In this document: positions 32,601 to 41,269 of the stretch, piece by piece
How positions within the stretch are numbered: position 1 is the first letter of the stretch
Layout: each line of letters opens with the position of its first letter
IMG/VR virus record: IMGVR_UViG_3300010883_000002
Length of the DNA stretch: 64,000 nt
Reading direction: 5' to 3' (one strand)
DNA from: an uncultured virus (IMG/VR IMGVR_UViG_3300010883_000002)
Lineage: Duplodnaviria > Heunggongvirae > Uroviricota > Caudoviricetes
Position numbers and translations under genes: made by a program
Notes under the pieces: model-generated
Databases searched by the model: none
What the model was told of the DNA's origin: nothing
Seen by the model: the letters and a program-made list of their open reading frames with translations, nothing else

Positions 32601-33329
32601 GTTGAAACTAATATTGTTAATTTATTGGTGCAAGACCCATCGTACATAAACACCATTATGGTTTCATGTGGCTACCCTGCCAGCGACACTTATTCGATAC
32701 AAGATGCAATTCATGCATTGCCGAATCATTTTAAGTCACTTTTCTTGGCTAGTGTAAAGTCTGAGGCTGTATCAAGAAATTGGTTCTCTCTCGGATATGA
32801 CCCGGTTAAACATATTAAAACTTCTTCTTATTTTAAGTTCAATTTTGGACTAATTAGAAGAACGGATGTATTGACCGGGTACATGAATAAAAAAGGTGCA
32901 GATGGTATCGAAATTAAGGAACCACAGTGGGAGCCTCTTACAATGAATAGGTGGCAAGATGCTATAGGGGAGATTTTGTTGTGTCGGCACAAGCCATTTT
33001 CCTGTCCTCTTCTTGGGGTGCGTGGTAGCGTAGGAATGCAGCTTCCGATTTATGATGAATATTTCTTTTTGCGACCACCCTTAAGGTCTAAAAGGAAAAC
33101 GCCAGATTCTAGAATTCTAGACTCAGGTGATATTTTTGATTCAGAAACAAGTGTAGAAGATAATACTGTGGCTTTGGACAATGCAACAAGAGATGTTCCA
33201 CCAAGTGCGACAGCGACCAACATCCCCGGCATCGAGGTTCTGCGGTTCGACTGTCCTCCGTTTGGCAAAGACGAAACACTTACGAAGCCGTGGTGTGTAG
33301 ACCCGTGCATCTTGAAGACAAGGAGATAA
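29658..33329 (+). CDS. Large hypothetical virion protein (1223 aa)
   Basis: Long ORF, TAATG-coupled, in the structural cluster; no family recognised. Confidence 0.55.
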   Translation: MPSLISQEELLGDLLPSVYFDGITLESSGQPPEDDDPHIDHQRERANRDKDTPNSLLVTADLCLKEKLDTSLIGRWFGDSGKFTNYIKLMVVVSTNPFVTKAFSRNNQAIALANKWGHWDVNSKSVKTLKKDFKINDVADLKREFYSKDNFQVKVLTINQDVLGDNKDLTQHKSHTDSDGNTIHDINFRASFKVRTEKPQHLACFAVAYLDMPALVDAYNLDVDEHTLKNQNGKCSAEVVIDNYNIVGNTNVFYTTAGVIWTGPIHKSGKTWRTGSNASEGGERLRHSTVPNTKIQDFRNIKEIKRLEINLAVIEQELFAAKNKFKGIKNDKMTPRRKNAYFSDCYLTRSDVGAARLCFAVDYEKLVREQSLYGKLLETKSKHTKRKLLTESKIRSLKFKRRRIKNVKTQNKLGAPIMGEVLFDSGEYPNMLSIGGEAASGRFSTSRKYNGGGWIKEVDVLLDSPQQSGRGLRFFTGEDWEMKSITDGDYQYGVEITVEDATVEYLDKVLSGLLHHRNRLNRYYHESTKLGMTKYIVELEDPHIDSTMERSAILKNSPGNYDPISNRFTQHFIDTQTKRWDGSFANGKSKIRYAPWVSPLINYMINLHMLTNSFESAAGWKILKAIYSYISPATGSPKGIMVFVKLMDDLIMKLSGLIGADVTFTTDRRERGYWRTHTHGPDRNLVKRSRTPTKTSTVEHWFSNNSFDSEVANNVGFDYLSSGLSTKSAASRGGLRQINGEAWKKRVEEEVLRYFKSPSVDINMRIGSNILTERDSLKRTNFTFFAPSFVYLDNNATSLVMDASSLTASVYDDDHLSVLESSILLYKSTTTPRFPVDARSAGCMPVMAHKFKENMQMFFADLNLTIEAPSQIESLPLTDRYFLNNQVFRSPNFEMCDLLGDIPDDTNLDPIVLVPKTNCDPDEEQACINPNTLFMSLMRPFSSTGATGAKSTNSPYEEPRHTAKLHYGELNLDTIEAYNLNVETNIVNLLVQDPSYINTIMVSCGYPASDTYSIQDAIHALPNHFKSLFLASVKSEAVSRNWFSLGYDPVKHIKTSSYFKFNFGLIRRTDVLTGYMNKKGADGIEIKEPQWEPLTMNRWQDAIGEILLCRHKPFSCPLLGVRGSVGMQLPIYDEYFFLRPPLRSKRKTPDSRILDSGDIFDSETSVEDNTVALDNATRDVPPSATATNIPGIEVLRFDCPPFGKDETLTKPWCVDPCILKTRR

Positions 33330-33333
33330 GTTA

Positions 33334-35991
33334 ATGGCTGCGCCAACAGAACAACAATATATTAGACCAGACGAAATCTCTGAATCAATTCGTGAATCTG
33401 CTGGCAGTCCTAATATTTATTTTCGGGATAACGGAATAAAAAGAAAACGCCCTGTTAATCCTGTAATTCTTGGCGCTGGTAAATTTAGGATGTTGACCGA
33501 TACAGCAACCTCTGATGTGGCTTATGGATATGCTGAATTTGATGCGACCTCAGCAGAAGTATCTCCATCTAGAAAACCTAGAGTGGACGATCCCTTGCGT
33601 GGAAGAATAGGAAAGTTCTGGACGAAGAGTGAAGATCAAAAGAGGTTGGTATATTTAGAGAGCGAATTGATGGATAAAATTACTCCACCATTTCAGATTT
33701 ACTATGACCCTTATAAGAAGCCTCCACACCCTGTTACTTCGACTGACCCCGGCTACACACCGGGAATGCTTGGCAATTGCACAGAGCAAGTTGTTGTGTT
33801 GGTTGCCGAGAAGAAGTCTAGGGTCTTGTTTGAGGCAAAGGACAAGGGCGCTGCATTTGAGAATATTGTTAACATTATTAGAAGAAACTCAGGGACGAAG
33901 TGGTTTGAGGATCACACGTTTGTAATGCCAACTCCTTACCCGAAAGTTGAATTGGACAGATTTAATACCTCTGCTTCTGTTTTGTACGCCAGCATTAAGC
34001 CTACATATAATTTTTATATTCCAAACTATGAGCAAGTGATGCGAACCATGAAGGCATCGGCAGTGCCAGAACAGGTATTACCAAATATGTATGTAATGTT
34101 GTCTGAGATGATGTACGAGCCAAATCCAAATGACAAACAACAACAGCCTATCAACCCATTGTTTAAAAATCATATAACGCTTTATGATTCAATTAGGTTG
34201 GAAGATCACGCAGCAATGATGCTGCCATATAACGAGCGAGAAAAATTAGATATTCGCAAGAAGCCAGTGGGCGAGTTTTATGATATGTGGTCCAGACAAT
34301 ATAATACTGGCGGCAGCCGCCAGCAAATTATTGACGAGTTGGCAACGAAATTTACGAACATAGCGGTTTCTCATTCAAACGTTGGCTTGATTAAAGATTA
34401 TAATGAACGAAAGGAATTGTTTCCGATGTTCGTTGACATTGAGTTCTCGACCGACGTTACAACTGAGTTCGCACAATTGTTATATGATACAAATATGAGC
34501 AGCAAGTTTATGAAGGATACGATGGCTCATGAAAGCAATCATAAAAGAAAGCAGTGGGTTGAATCTACGGAAGTTGTTTTGCAAGCTCATAGCGATCTGT
34601 TTGAAAAATCTGACCTTATGGCTAAAACGGCTATTGATGTTACCACAAAGAGAAGAAGAACAATAGACTTAACTGCGTGGATTAAAAATTATGAAAAGCT
34701 TGGCGGCAAGCTGCCAGAAGATTTTGATGCTAGTGAATTCGATGCACTTGATTCTCCCAATGCGGTTTTTCTTGGAACATACGCCAATGAAATGAAAGTG
34801 GGTTCACATCCAAAATATGATTTTTATAAAAGTATTATGTCTTTGATTTTCACAGGAAAAATTAGACAACTTATTAAAGCAAATATGCGAACCTATGAAC
34901 AAATCATGGATGGTGAACCAGCGCACTCTGAAACTGTGATGTACAGGATTGAAAAGAGGGCTGGCTCTACAACTGGTCCGGTCATTCAAAATTTTTATTT
35001 GCCGAACTCTAACGAGATTGATATTTTAAAATTTGTGGACACTCAGGTTAAGTACGGCAAGCAATACACTTATACAATTTACGCATACCAACTTGTGTAT
35101 GGTTCACGATATATGTATCGAGATTGGTGGGTCAAAGCAGACCGTGCAGGCGTCGTTGTAAGACACGAACCTTCTGTTAAGATGATTGAGGTGCCATATT
35201 ACACATACACTAATCGAGTTATGGATAGTCCACCTGTCCCGCCCAATGTTGAATTGGTTCCTTATCGTGGAGTTAGCGATAAAATGAAAATTAATCTGAG
35301 TAGCAATGTTGGACAATATAAATTGATGCCAGAAATAATTGAAACAATAGAAAAGAAGCAGACCGAGTTATTGAGGGCGGCACAAGATAGATTAAAGACG
35401 GAGCCTTTGCGTTATGAAACCGACGACCATGCCACACAGTTTGAAGTATATAGAGTGGAAGAGCATCCGAAGAAATATAAAGACTTCGCTGGGCATAGAA
35501 TTAAGCTCATAGAAACAGATATTTCTCGGATGACAGCACAGCGAGCAACATCGTGTGCTACCGTTGACACACTTCAACCAAATAAAAAATACTACTATAC
35601 GTTTAGAGCTATAGATAATCATGGGCATATTTCGTACCCGACACCTATTTATGAGGTAGAGATAGTAGATGACAACGGTTCAGTATATCCACTAATACAA
35701 ATAGTGGATTTTGCATTGGAGACACCGAAACAAGCGTCCAAGAATATGAAAAGAGTAATGCAAATAATTCCAACCACATCACAAGGTTTATTAAACGAAG
35801 AAAAGTCTGATCTTGAAGACGTAAGCAGTGCTTTGGAAGTATGGAATAGTGATGATTTATTTTTGGGACTAGATAATGAAGCGGTCTGGGGTAAAAAGTT
35901 TAAGATTAGACTAACCTCTAAACAAACAGGAAGAAAGTTCGATTTAAATGTTCGGTTTGACCACAAACATTTGAAAATAAAACCGGAATAG
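33334..35991 (+). CDS. Hypothetical virion protein with two fibronectin type III-like repeats
   Basis: DTQVKYGKQYTYTIYAY and DTLQPNKKYYYTFRAID resemble FN3 strands; SD AGGAG upstream. Confidence 0.55.
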   Translation: MAAPTEQQYIRPDEISESIRESAGSPNIYFRDNGIKRKRPVNPVILGAGKFRMLTDTATSDVAYGYAEFDATSAEVSPSRKPRVDDPLRGRIGKFWTKSEDQKRLVYLESELMDKITPPFQIYYDPYKKPPHPVTSTDPGYTPGMLGNCTEQVVVLVAEKKSRVLFEAKDKGAAFENIVNIIRRNSGTKWFEDHTFVMPTPYPKVELDRFNTSASVLYASIKPTYNFYIPNYEQVMRTMKASAVPEQVLPNMYVMLSEMMYEPNPNDKQQQPINPLFKNHITLYDSIRLEDHAAMMLPYNEREKLDIRKKPVGEFYDMWSRQYNTGGSRQQIIDELATKFTNIAVSHSNVGLIKDYNERKELFPMFVDIEFSTDVTTEFAQLLYDTNMSSKFMKDTMAHESNHKRKQWVESTEVVLQAHSDLFEKSDLMAKTAIDVTTKRRRTIDLTAWIKNYEKLGGKLPEDFDASEFDALDSPNAVFLGTYANEMKVGSHPKYDFYKSIMSLIFTGKIRQLIKANMRTYEQIMDGEPAHSETVMYRIEKRAGSTTGPVIQNFYLPNSNEIDILKFVDTQVKYGKQYTYTIYAYQLVYGSRYMYRDWWVKADRAGVVVRHEPSVKMIEVPYYTYTNRVMDSPPVPPNVELVPYRGVSDKMKINLSSNVGQYKLMPEIIETIEKKQTELLRAAQDRLKTEPLRYETDDHATQFEVYRVEEHPKKYKDFAGHRIKLIETDISRMTAQRATSCATVDTLQPNKKYYYTFRAIDNHGHISYPTPIYEVEIVDDNGSVYPLIQIVDFALETPKQASKNMKRVMQIIPTTSQGLLNEEKSDLEDVSSALEVWNSDDLFLGLDNEAVWGKKFKIRLTSKQTGRKFDLNVRFDHKHLKIKPE

Positions 35992-36010
35992 ATTAAAATC
36001 ATCATTTTGA

Positions 36011-36038
36011 ACTATTTACTGCAAAAGGACTAATTATA
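36011..36038 (+). promoter_or_regulatory. Tandem putative late-promoter motifs ACTATTTAC / ACTAATTAT
   Basis: Two copies of the recurring ACTAHTTA motif in the intergenic gap before 36062. Confidence 0.6.
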
Positions 36039-36061
36039 CATGGCGAAGGAGATAAAGTAGA

Positions 36062-36982
36062 ATGGCATTTTTGGACAACTCAGGAGATATTATCCTAGAC
36101 GCTGTGTTAACAGACACAGGACGGATGCGTTTGGCAAAGGGCGACGGGTCATTTAAGATCACTAAGTACGCTCTTGCTGACGACGAGATTGATTATTCTT
36201 TATACGATAGTTCACATCCAAGCGGCAGCGCATACTATGATTTGGAAATTTTAATGAGTCCAATTCTAGAGGCGTTTACAAACAACACTTCTTCAATGAA
36301 GTCAAAGCTTATTTCGATTCCTCGCACGAATCTTTTATATCTGCCAGTCATCAAGTTAAACGAGATGATTGACGCTTCTGCAAAGATGAGTCCAGACTAT
36401 AGAGCTTTCCTGTGTGCGGTAGACCGTGATAGCGAAGATGTTTTCGGATATGTTAATAATGAACCCCGTGCAGGAATTTTGCATGGCGAGAATATTAATG
36501 CGGGTTCGTATTGTCGATTGGATCAGGGGCTAGATACTACGGAAATTTCACCACGATTTACAATCGATCATGATTTAGTTGAGACTCAATATATCGTTGA
36601 GATTGACAACAGGTTCGGTCAGTTGGTGAGTTTAAAAGGTAAGTCGGCAGCAGTTTCATATATTGATGATGATAATGTTGCAAGCTATTACCTATCATTG
36701 GCAACGGATAGAGATTTTGTTAGAGAGAACACTGAACGTGATGCCGATATAAGGACTCAAGTAATTGATGGTCCTAGAGGAACACTCATTGAATTTAGAC
36801 TTCGTTCTTCTCTAGAGTTAAATACAAGTAGATATTTATTTGACAAACTGGGAAGCGAAGCTACCATTGAAGTAGACGGCACAACTTTTTCGTTTCAATA
36901 TATTGACTCCATTGTTCGTGTCAGTGGGGCGACGACGGGCTACGGCGTAGATGTGCCAGTCAGATTTGTTAAAGTGACATAA
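36062..36982 (+). CDS. Conserved baseplate/tail structural protein
   Basis: SD AAGGAG. N-terminus ILDAVLTDTGRMRLAKG..FKITKYALADDE resembles the start of tail-fibre attachment (DUF3751-like) domains. Confidence 0.6.
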   Translation: MAFLDNSGDIILDAVLTDTGRMRLAKGDGSFKITKYALADDEIDYSLYDSSHPSGSAYYDLEILMSPILEAFTNNTSSMKSKLISIPRTNLLYLPVIKLNEMIDASAKMSPDYRAFLCAVDRDSEDVFGYVNNEPRAGILHGENINAGSYCRLDQGLDTTEISPRFTIDHDLVETQYIVEIDNRFGQLVSLKGKSAAVSYIDDDNVASYYLSLATDRDFVRENTERDADIRTQVIDGPRGTLIEFRLRSSLELNTSRYLFDKLGSEATIEVDGTTFSFQYIDSIVRVSGATTGYGVDVPVRFVKVT

Positions 36983-36995
36983 GGGAGCAAAAGAT

Positions 36996-38381
36996 ATGGC
37001 GACAGTTTTTAAAACATTTCTTAATGATGATATTGCAACTACACGAACATTGTTGCATGAGGCAATTCCTGTTCATGGAGGAATTGTGCATGGTGTATAT
37101 CCAGAACCGGACGAGCCGGGGAAGCAGGAGGAAACCAACATTAAGAATTATCCACACAAAATGTTCCAAAGCGTTTACGATTATCCGTATCTGAGTTCGT
37201 CAGCCAATCATATTTTTGATTTGACGGTTGGCTACGCTGCGGCGAAAGATAACGATGAAGCTTATATTCATCCGTGGACAAACGACCAACAGGTATCTCA
37301 TAAAAAGAAACAAAAAATTTATTATCAAATGGCTCAGGTTTTAGTTGGTCATGGTATTGAAGGGGATATTCTATTATTTGATGAGGATGGCGATATTCTT
37401 GCTGGTGGAGACAAATATGAAAATTGTTTGTATATCAGCATCGCAAGGCTTTTAAATAAAGACGAAGTTAAGAAAGGCTCTTTCTTTTTGCATCTTGATG
37501 TTGGACCAAACGTTCCTGTCTCGCAGGCTAACTCGGACCCACTACAGAGCAACTATGTTCTCTTGGTTACAGATGAGGGTTCTGAGAACGATTATCGTGT
37601 CAACTCTCCTGCTGGAGATTATGGAATTCTTAGAGCTAGAACATGGTCGAAGCTGGATTCTAATGGTGAAGTGGAGTGCGAGGTGCCTTACGACCCCAAC
37701 GACCCAGACTATGCTGCTCGATGGGCTGCGAGTTCTGACGACAACTGCGGCGGCGTGGATGACCGAGTTGGTTTGATTTATTATCAAGCGGGAGTCATTG
37801 TACTTTCGCCACATGCGTTCTTGAATTACGATCCGGCAGAGTCCTCATCGAGTTCAGGTTCAGGCTCAAGTTCAGATTCAGATTCAGGCTCAGGGCTGTC
37901 GGCTATTGAATCAGCAGGTTGCTTTGGTAAGCTTCCAGTTGTGGTTTTAAATGCGAACAACTCCGAGGTAGGGTGTATGGCAGAGCATGGCGAATTTGAA
38001 CCAGTCATCGTTCATGACGATTCGACAGGCGCATCTTTTCATATTGATGATGCTTTTCGTGAGTTAGACATTCCAACCATTTGCACAGGCTTTAGAAAAC
38101 GAATGGTAAGGATGGCTTTTAATAATACTACTGAGCTTAATTCAACAATTTATTTCTGTCGAGTAAATCATAACGATTTCAACTATAGCTCAAATCCAAC
38201 ATATTTGGACGCCAGCAAGATTAGGGTGAAGGATAGCACGGTCGATGCACCAGTTGCGTACATCACCACAATTGGTCTTTATTCTGCTGACAATGAGTTG
38301 TTGGCAGTGGCGAAACTATCTGAAGCTCTTCGTAAAGATCCGACAAATGAAATCGTGCTGCGAGTAAGGTTGGATTACTAA
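36996..38381 (+). CDS. Baseplate/tail-fibre attachment-like protein
   Basis: C-terminal FNYSSNPTY...YITTIGLYSADNELLAVAKL...LRVRLDY; paralog of 38406..39797. Confidence 0.65.
   Translation: MATVFKTFLNDDIATTRTLLHEAIPVHGGIVHGVYPEPDEPGKQEETNIKNYPHKMFQSVYDYPYLSSSANHIFDLTVGYAAAKDNDEAYIHPWTNDQQVSHKKKQKIYYQMAQVLVGHGIEGDILLFDEDGDILAGGDKYENCLYISIARLLNKDEVKKGSFFLHLDVGPNVPVSQANSDPLQSNYVLLVTDEGSENDYRVNSPAGDYGILRARTWSKLDSNGEVECEVPYDPNDPDYAARWAASSDDNCGGVDDRVGLIYYQAGVIVLSPHAFLNYDPAESSSSSGSGSSSDSDSGSGLSAIESAGCFGKLPVVVLNANNSEVGCMAEHGEFEPVIVHDDSTGASFHIDDAFRELDIPTICTGFRKRMVRMAFNNTTELNSTIYFCRVNHNDFNYSSNPTYLDASKIRVKDSTVDAPVAYITTIGLYSADNELLAVAKLSEALRKDPTNEIVLRVRLDY
37854..37895 (+). repeat. 7 x 6-bp TCA(G/A)RN tandem repeat encoding an SG/SS/SD linker
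   Basis: TCAGGT TCAGGC TCAAGT TCAGAT TCAGAT TCAGGC TCAGGG read directly. Confidence 0.8.
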
Positions 38382-38405
38382 AATGCTAGAGGGTGGTCGT
38401 CAAAA

Positions 38406-39797
38406 ATGCCGTTATTTAAATTTGGTCCAAATGACATATTCTACAATCAGGTAGAGACGCATCCTCAGAACGAATTCTTTATTTATGACAGGACGGTTTA
38501 TTACAATAATAGAACACCTCGTCATGGAGTAATGGAGTTCGATGATGATGGACTTCCTACACACTTTGTAAAACATGTTTGCCCCGGTTATGTTAGTTTG
38601 TATGAACTAAACATTGACCGCATGGAGCAAGCACATGATGTTATTCCCGGCAAGGTCGATCAAGCTACGATGATTTATCCATTCATCACAAAGAGTGGAG
38701 CCTTGAACGCATTTAAAACAGTTTCAACTGTAGACTTCCACAACTTTGCTTATGGAGATATTATGACGGGCAGCTACCCGCTGGCGTCCAGTATTTCAAT
38801 TGAGCGGTATGTAGGCAAAGACGATGCCTTCTGGGATGTGTGCGGGAAAGACCGACCACATATTAGAGCATTAAAAAATACTTTGAATTATCACAAAAAG
38901 CATAGTCCATATTATGCTTACAAGCAAGACGAGTGTGGTGGCGACTGTGGAATAAAATATGAGCCGGGTTGGGATAAAGAAACCCAAGAACTAACATTAA
39001 TAAGTATTCCATCTATCATCCACGGTTCGGGGGTTGAGCGTGGGTCAGTAGACCTTAGATTCTATTTAACTGGTAGTTTGGTTGGACAACTCCAAGACAT
39101 AAATCAAAACGGAGAATTGATTCAAACGGCACCAGAGAATAGCCCCGGTTACGGTGAAGTTGCAGGCGTGGTTTTATATGACGAAGGCTTTCTAATCCTT
39201 ACCGGAAGCTGGTCGCTTGACGATACGCACACAGAAAGATATAGATATTGTCCAGAGCCGATTAATGAGCCTCACCAATTTGATAGCCCAAGGTGGTTAT
39301 ATTGGGGAACACAAGGTTATAACGAACCAGACACTTGCGGAGAGTCAGCCGACCCGACGTGGCTAGATCCAACCACGGCTGTGGTGTCATCCAGCTTTTA
39401 TATGTCTTTTAATTCGACGACGTATGTGCCGACCATCACTATGTTGGCTCATGCTAAGAAAGGTGAATTAAATCACTCAAATAACCCAACTTACTTAACA
39501 AGACAACCAAAGAGTGCTATAATGGATTCAAAGGGTTGTCCTACTGGTACGTTCAGAAAGAAGCTTGACGCTTATGTGAACACTAGAGAGTATCGGGAAA
39601 GCTCAAGAGCGGAGATTAAGAATACAGTGAGAACACCATATCCAGATCCAGATGGAATCTTTGACAAGCAAACGTGGATTTCCAAGGTTGGCATTTATGA
39701 CGAAAATAGAAATCTTATTGCGATTGCGAAGCTCGCCAGTCCAGTTAGAAAAAACAAGGACAGAGAATTTACCTTTAAAATTAAAATGGATTTCTAA
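38406..39797 (+). CDS. Baseplate/tail-fibre attachment-like protein (paralog of the upstream gene)
   Basis: LNHSNNPTY...WISKVGIYDENRNLIAIAKL...FKIKMDF; shared G.V.Y..G.++L motif (GVVLYDEGFLIL vs GLIYYQAGVIVL). Confidence 0.65.
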   Translation: MPLFKFGPNDIFYNQVETHPQNEFFIYDRTVYYNNRTPRHGVMEFDDDGLPTHFVKHVCPGYVSLYELNIDRMEQAHDVIPGKVDQATMIYPFITKSGALNAFKTVSTVDFHNFAYGDIMTGSYPLASSISIERYVGKDDAFWDVCGKDRPHIRALKNTLNYHKKHSPYYAYKQDECGGDCGIKYEPGWDKETQELTLISIPSIIHGSGVERGSVDLRFYLTGSLVGQLQDINQNGELIQTAPENSPGYGEVAGVVLYDEGFLILTGSWSLDDTHTERYRYCPEPINEPHQFDSPRWLYWGTQGYNEPDTCGESADPTWLDPTTAVVSSSFYMSFNSTTYVPTITMLAHAKKGELNHSNNPTYLTRQPKSAIMDSKGCPTGTFRKKLDAYVNTREYRESSRAEIKNTVRTPYPDPDGIFDKQTWISKVGIYDENRNLIAIAKLASPVRKNKDREFTFKIKMDF

Positions 39798-40331
39798 ATG
39801 ATATTAGGTTTAGATGTTTCTACAAGCATTACAGGTGCTTCGGTCATAGATGATGAAGGAAAAATATTATATTGCGAGGCTTGGAAGTTTCAAAACAAAA
39901 GGCACTTTCCTGATCTCTTTGCAAAAGCAGAGGAAGTTCGCAACCTTCTGCTGGCAATCAAGCAAGAGTATGATATTGAAGCGGTTTTTATAGAGCAGTC
40001 ACTTTTTGCTTTCATGCGTGGAAAATCTTCTGCAAAAACCCTCTTAACACTTTCAAAATTTAATGGTATAGTAGGGTGGTTAGTGTGGGATGTGTTCGGG
40101 ATGACACCTGAATTTCTTGGTGCGACACAGGCTAGAAGAACCTGCGGTGTACCTAAAAAAGAAAAAGGCGAAGATATTAAATTAGTTGTTTTGAAGTTTT
40201 TACTTGACAATGATCCCCAGTTTTGTTATACTTTAACGAAACATGGTAATCCTGTACCCGGCACCTTTGACCGGGCTGACAGTCTTATTATTGCGAGAGC
40301 GGGTGCTGAGTGTCTAAACACGAAAGGTTGA
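39798..40331 (+). CDS. ruvC: RuvC-like Holliday junction resolvase
   Basis: MILGLDVSTSITG, VFIEQ and DRADSLIIA carry the RuvC catalytic D/E/D/D residues. Confidence 0.85.
   Translation: MILGLDVSTSITGASVIDDEGKILYCEAWKFQNKRHFPDLFAKAEEVRNLLLAIKQEYDIEAVFIEQSLFAFMRGKSSAKTLLTLSKFNGIVGWLVWDVFGMTPEFLGATQARRTCGVPKKEKGEDIKLVVLKFLLDNDPQFCYTLTKHGNPVPGTFDRADSLIIARAGAECLNTKG
40204..40232 (+). promoter_or_regulatory. Sigma70-type promoter TTGACA-N17-TATACT with extended -10 TG, inside ruvC
   Basis: TTGACA at 40204-40209, 17-nt spacer, TG at 40224-40225, TATACT at 40227-40232; about 80 nt upstream of the primase start. Confidence 0.75.
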
Positions 40332-41257
40332 AAATATTACAGGGTGTTCTTGGTAGGGGCTATAAGTCGGGCGACGAATATTTGTTTTTCTGCCCGAAGT
40401 GTGAGCACCACAAAAAGAAGCTTTCTGTAAACATTGAGAAAGATAAATTCAAGTGTTGGATTTGTGATTATAAGGGAGTCTCTGCGAGGCGTCTTATAAA
40501 ACGCCACGGCTCTCTTGGGCAAATCCAAGATTGGGATATTATTTCTGGCACCGTCGATCTGTCTGACTTTAGTTCTATTATGTCTGAGAAGTTATTCGGA
40601 CGGAAGGAGCCAAAGGATGAACAAGTGGTCCCATTACCAGTTGAATTTAAAACTTTAACTAGCAACGACCTACCAATGAGTTCTAGACCAGCAATGAAAT
40701 TTTTGCGTGATAGGGGCTTGAGCAAGCTTGATATATTAAAGTGGAAAATTGGATATTGCTCTTCCGGCGAGTACAGCGGCAGAATTGTCATACCATCTTT
40801 TAATTTAAACGGCAGGGTTAACTACTTTGTAGGAAGAAGCTATACTGGCAATTGGAGAAAGTATCTTAGCCCATCGGTCAGTAGAGATATTGCATTTAAC
40901 GAATTGTACATTGATTGGAACCAAGGCTTGAACATAGTTGAAGGGGTTTTTGATGCTGTAGTGGCAGAGAATGCTATTCCTATTTTGGGTTCGTCGCTTT
41001 CTGCCAACTCGGAACTCTTTAAGAAGATAGTCCAGAACGATGCGATAACTTATATCGCTCTCGACGCAGATGCAGAACGCAAAGCGATGGTTTTAATAAA
41101 GCAGCTTTTGGAGTTTGATGTAGAATTATATAAAGTTGACATTTACCCGTATTCAGATGTTGGTGAAATGTCAAAGAAAGAATTTCAAAAGCGCAAGAAC
41201 AGTGCTGTTAGAATGAACAATGAGACACATCTTAGTCACAAGATAAGCTCAATTTAA
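40310..41257 (+). CDS. DNA primase (Zn finger + TOPRIM)
   Basis: CPKC..H..KLSVN....FKCWIC zinc finger; GRIVIP, IVEGVFDA and ALDAD TOPRIM motifs. Confidence 0.88.
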   Translation: MSKHERLKILQGVLGRGYKSGDEYLFFCPKCEHHKKKLSVNIEKDKFKCWICDYKGVSARRLIKRHGSLGQIQDWDIISGTVDLSDFSSIMSEKLFGRKEPKDEQVVPLPVEFKTLTSNDLPMSSRPAMKFLRDRGLSKLDILKWKIGYCSSGEYSGRIVIPSFNLNGRVNYFVGRSYTGNWRKYLSPSVSRDIAFNELYIDWNQGLNIVEGVFDAVVAENAIPILGSSLSANSELFKKIVQNDAITYIALDADAERKAMVLIKQLLEFDVELYKVDIYPYSDVGEMSKKEFQKRKNSAVRMNNETHLSHKISSI

Positions 41258-41269
41258 TAGAGGTAATTT

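Noticed and set aside
1..39797. Bacterial eCIS/T6SS/tailocin locus rather than a phage
   Set aside because: The same contiguous strand carries terminase, portal, protease, scaffold and major capsid genes.
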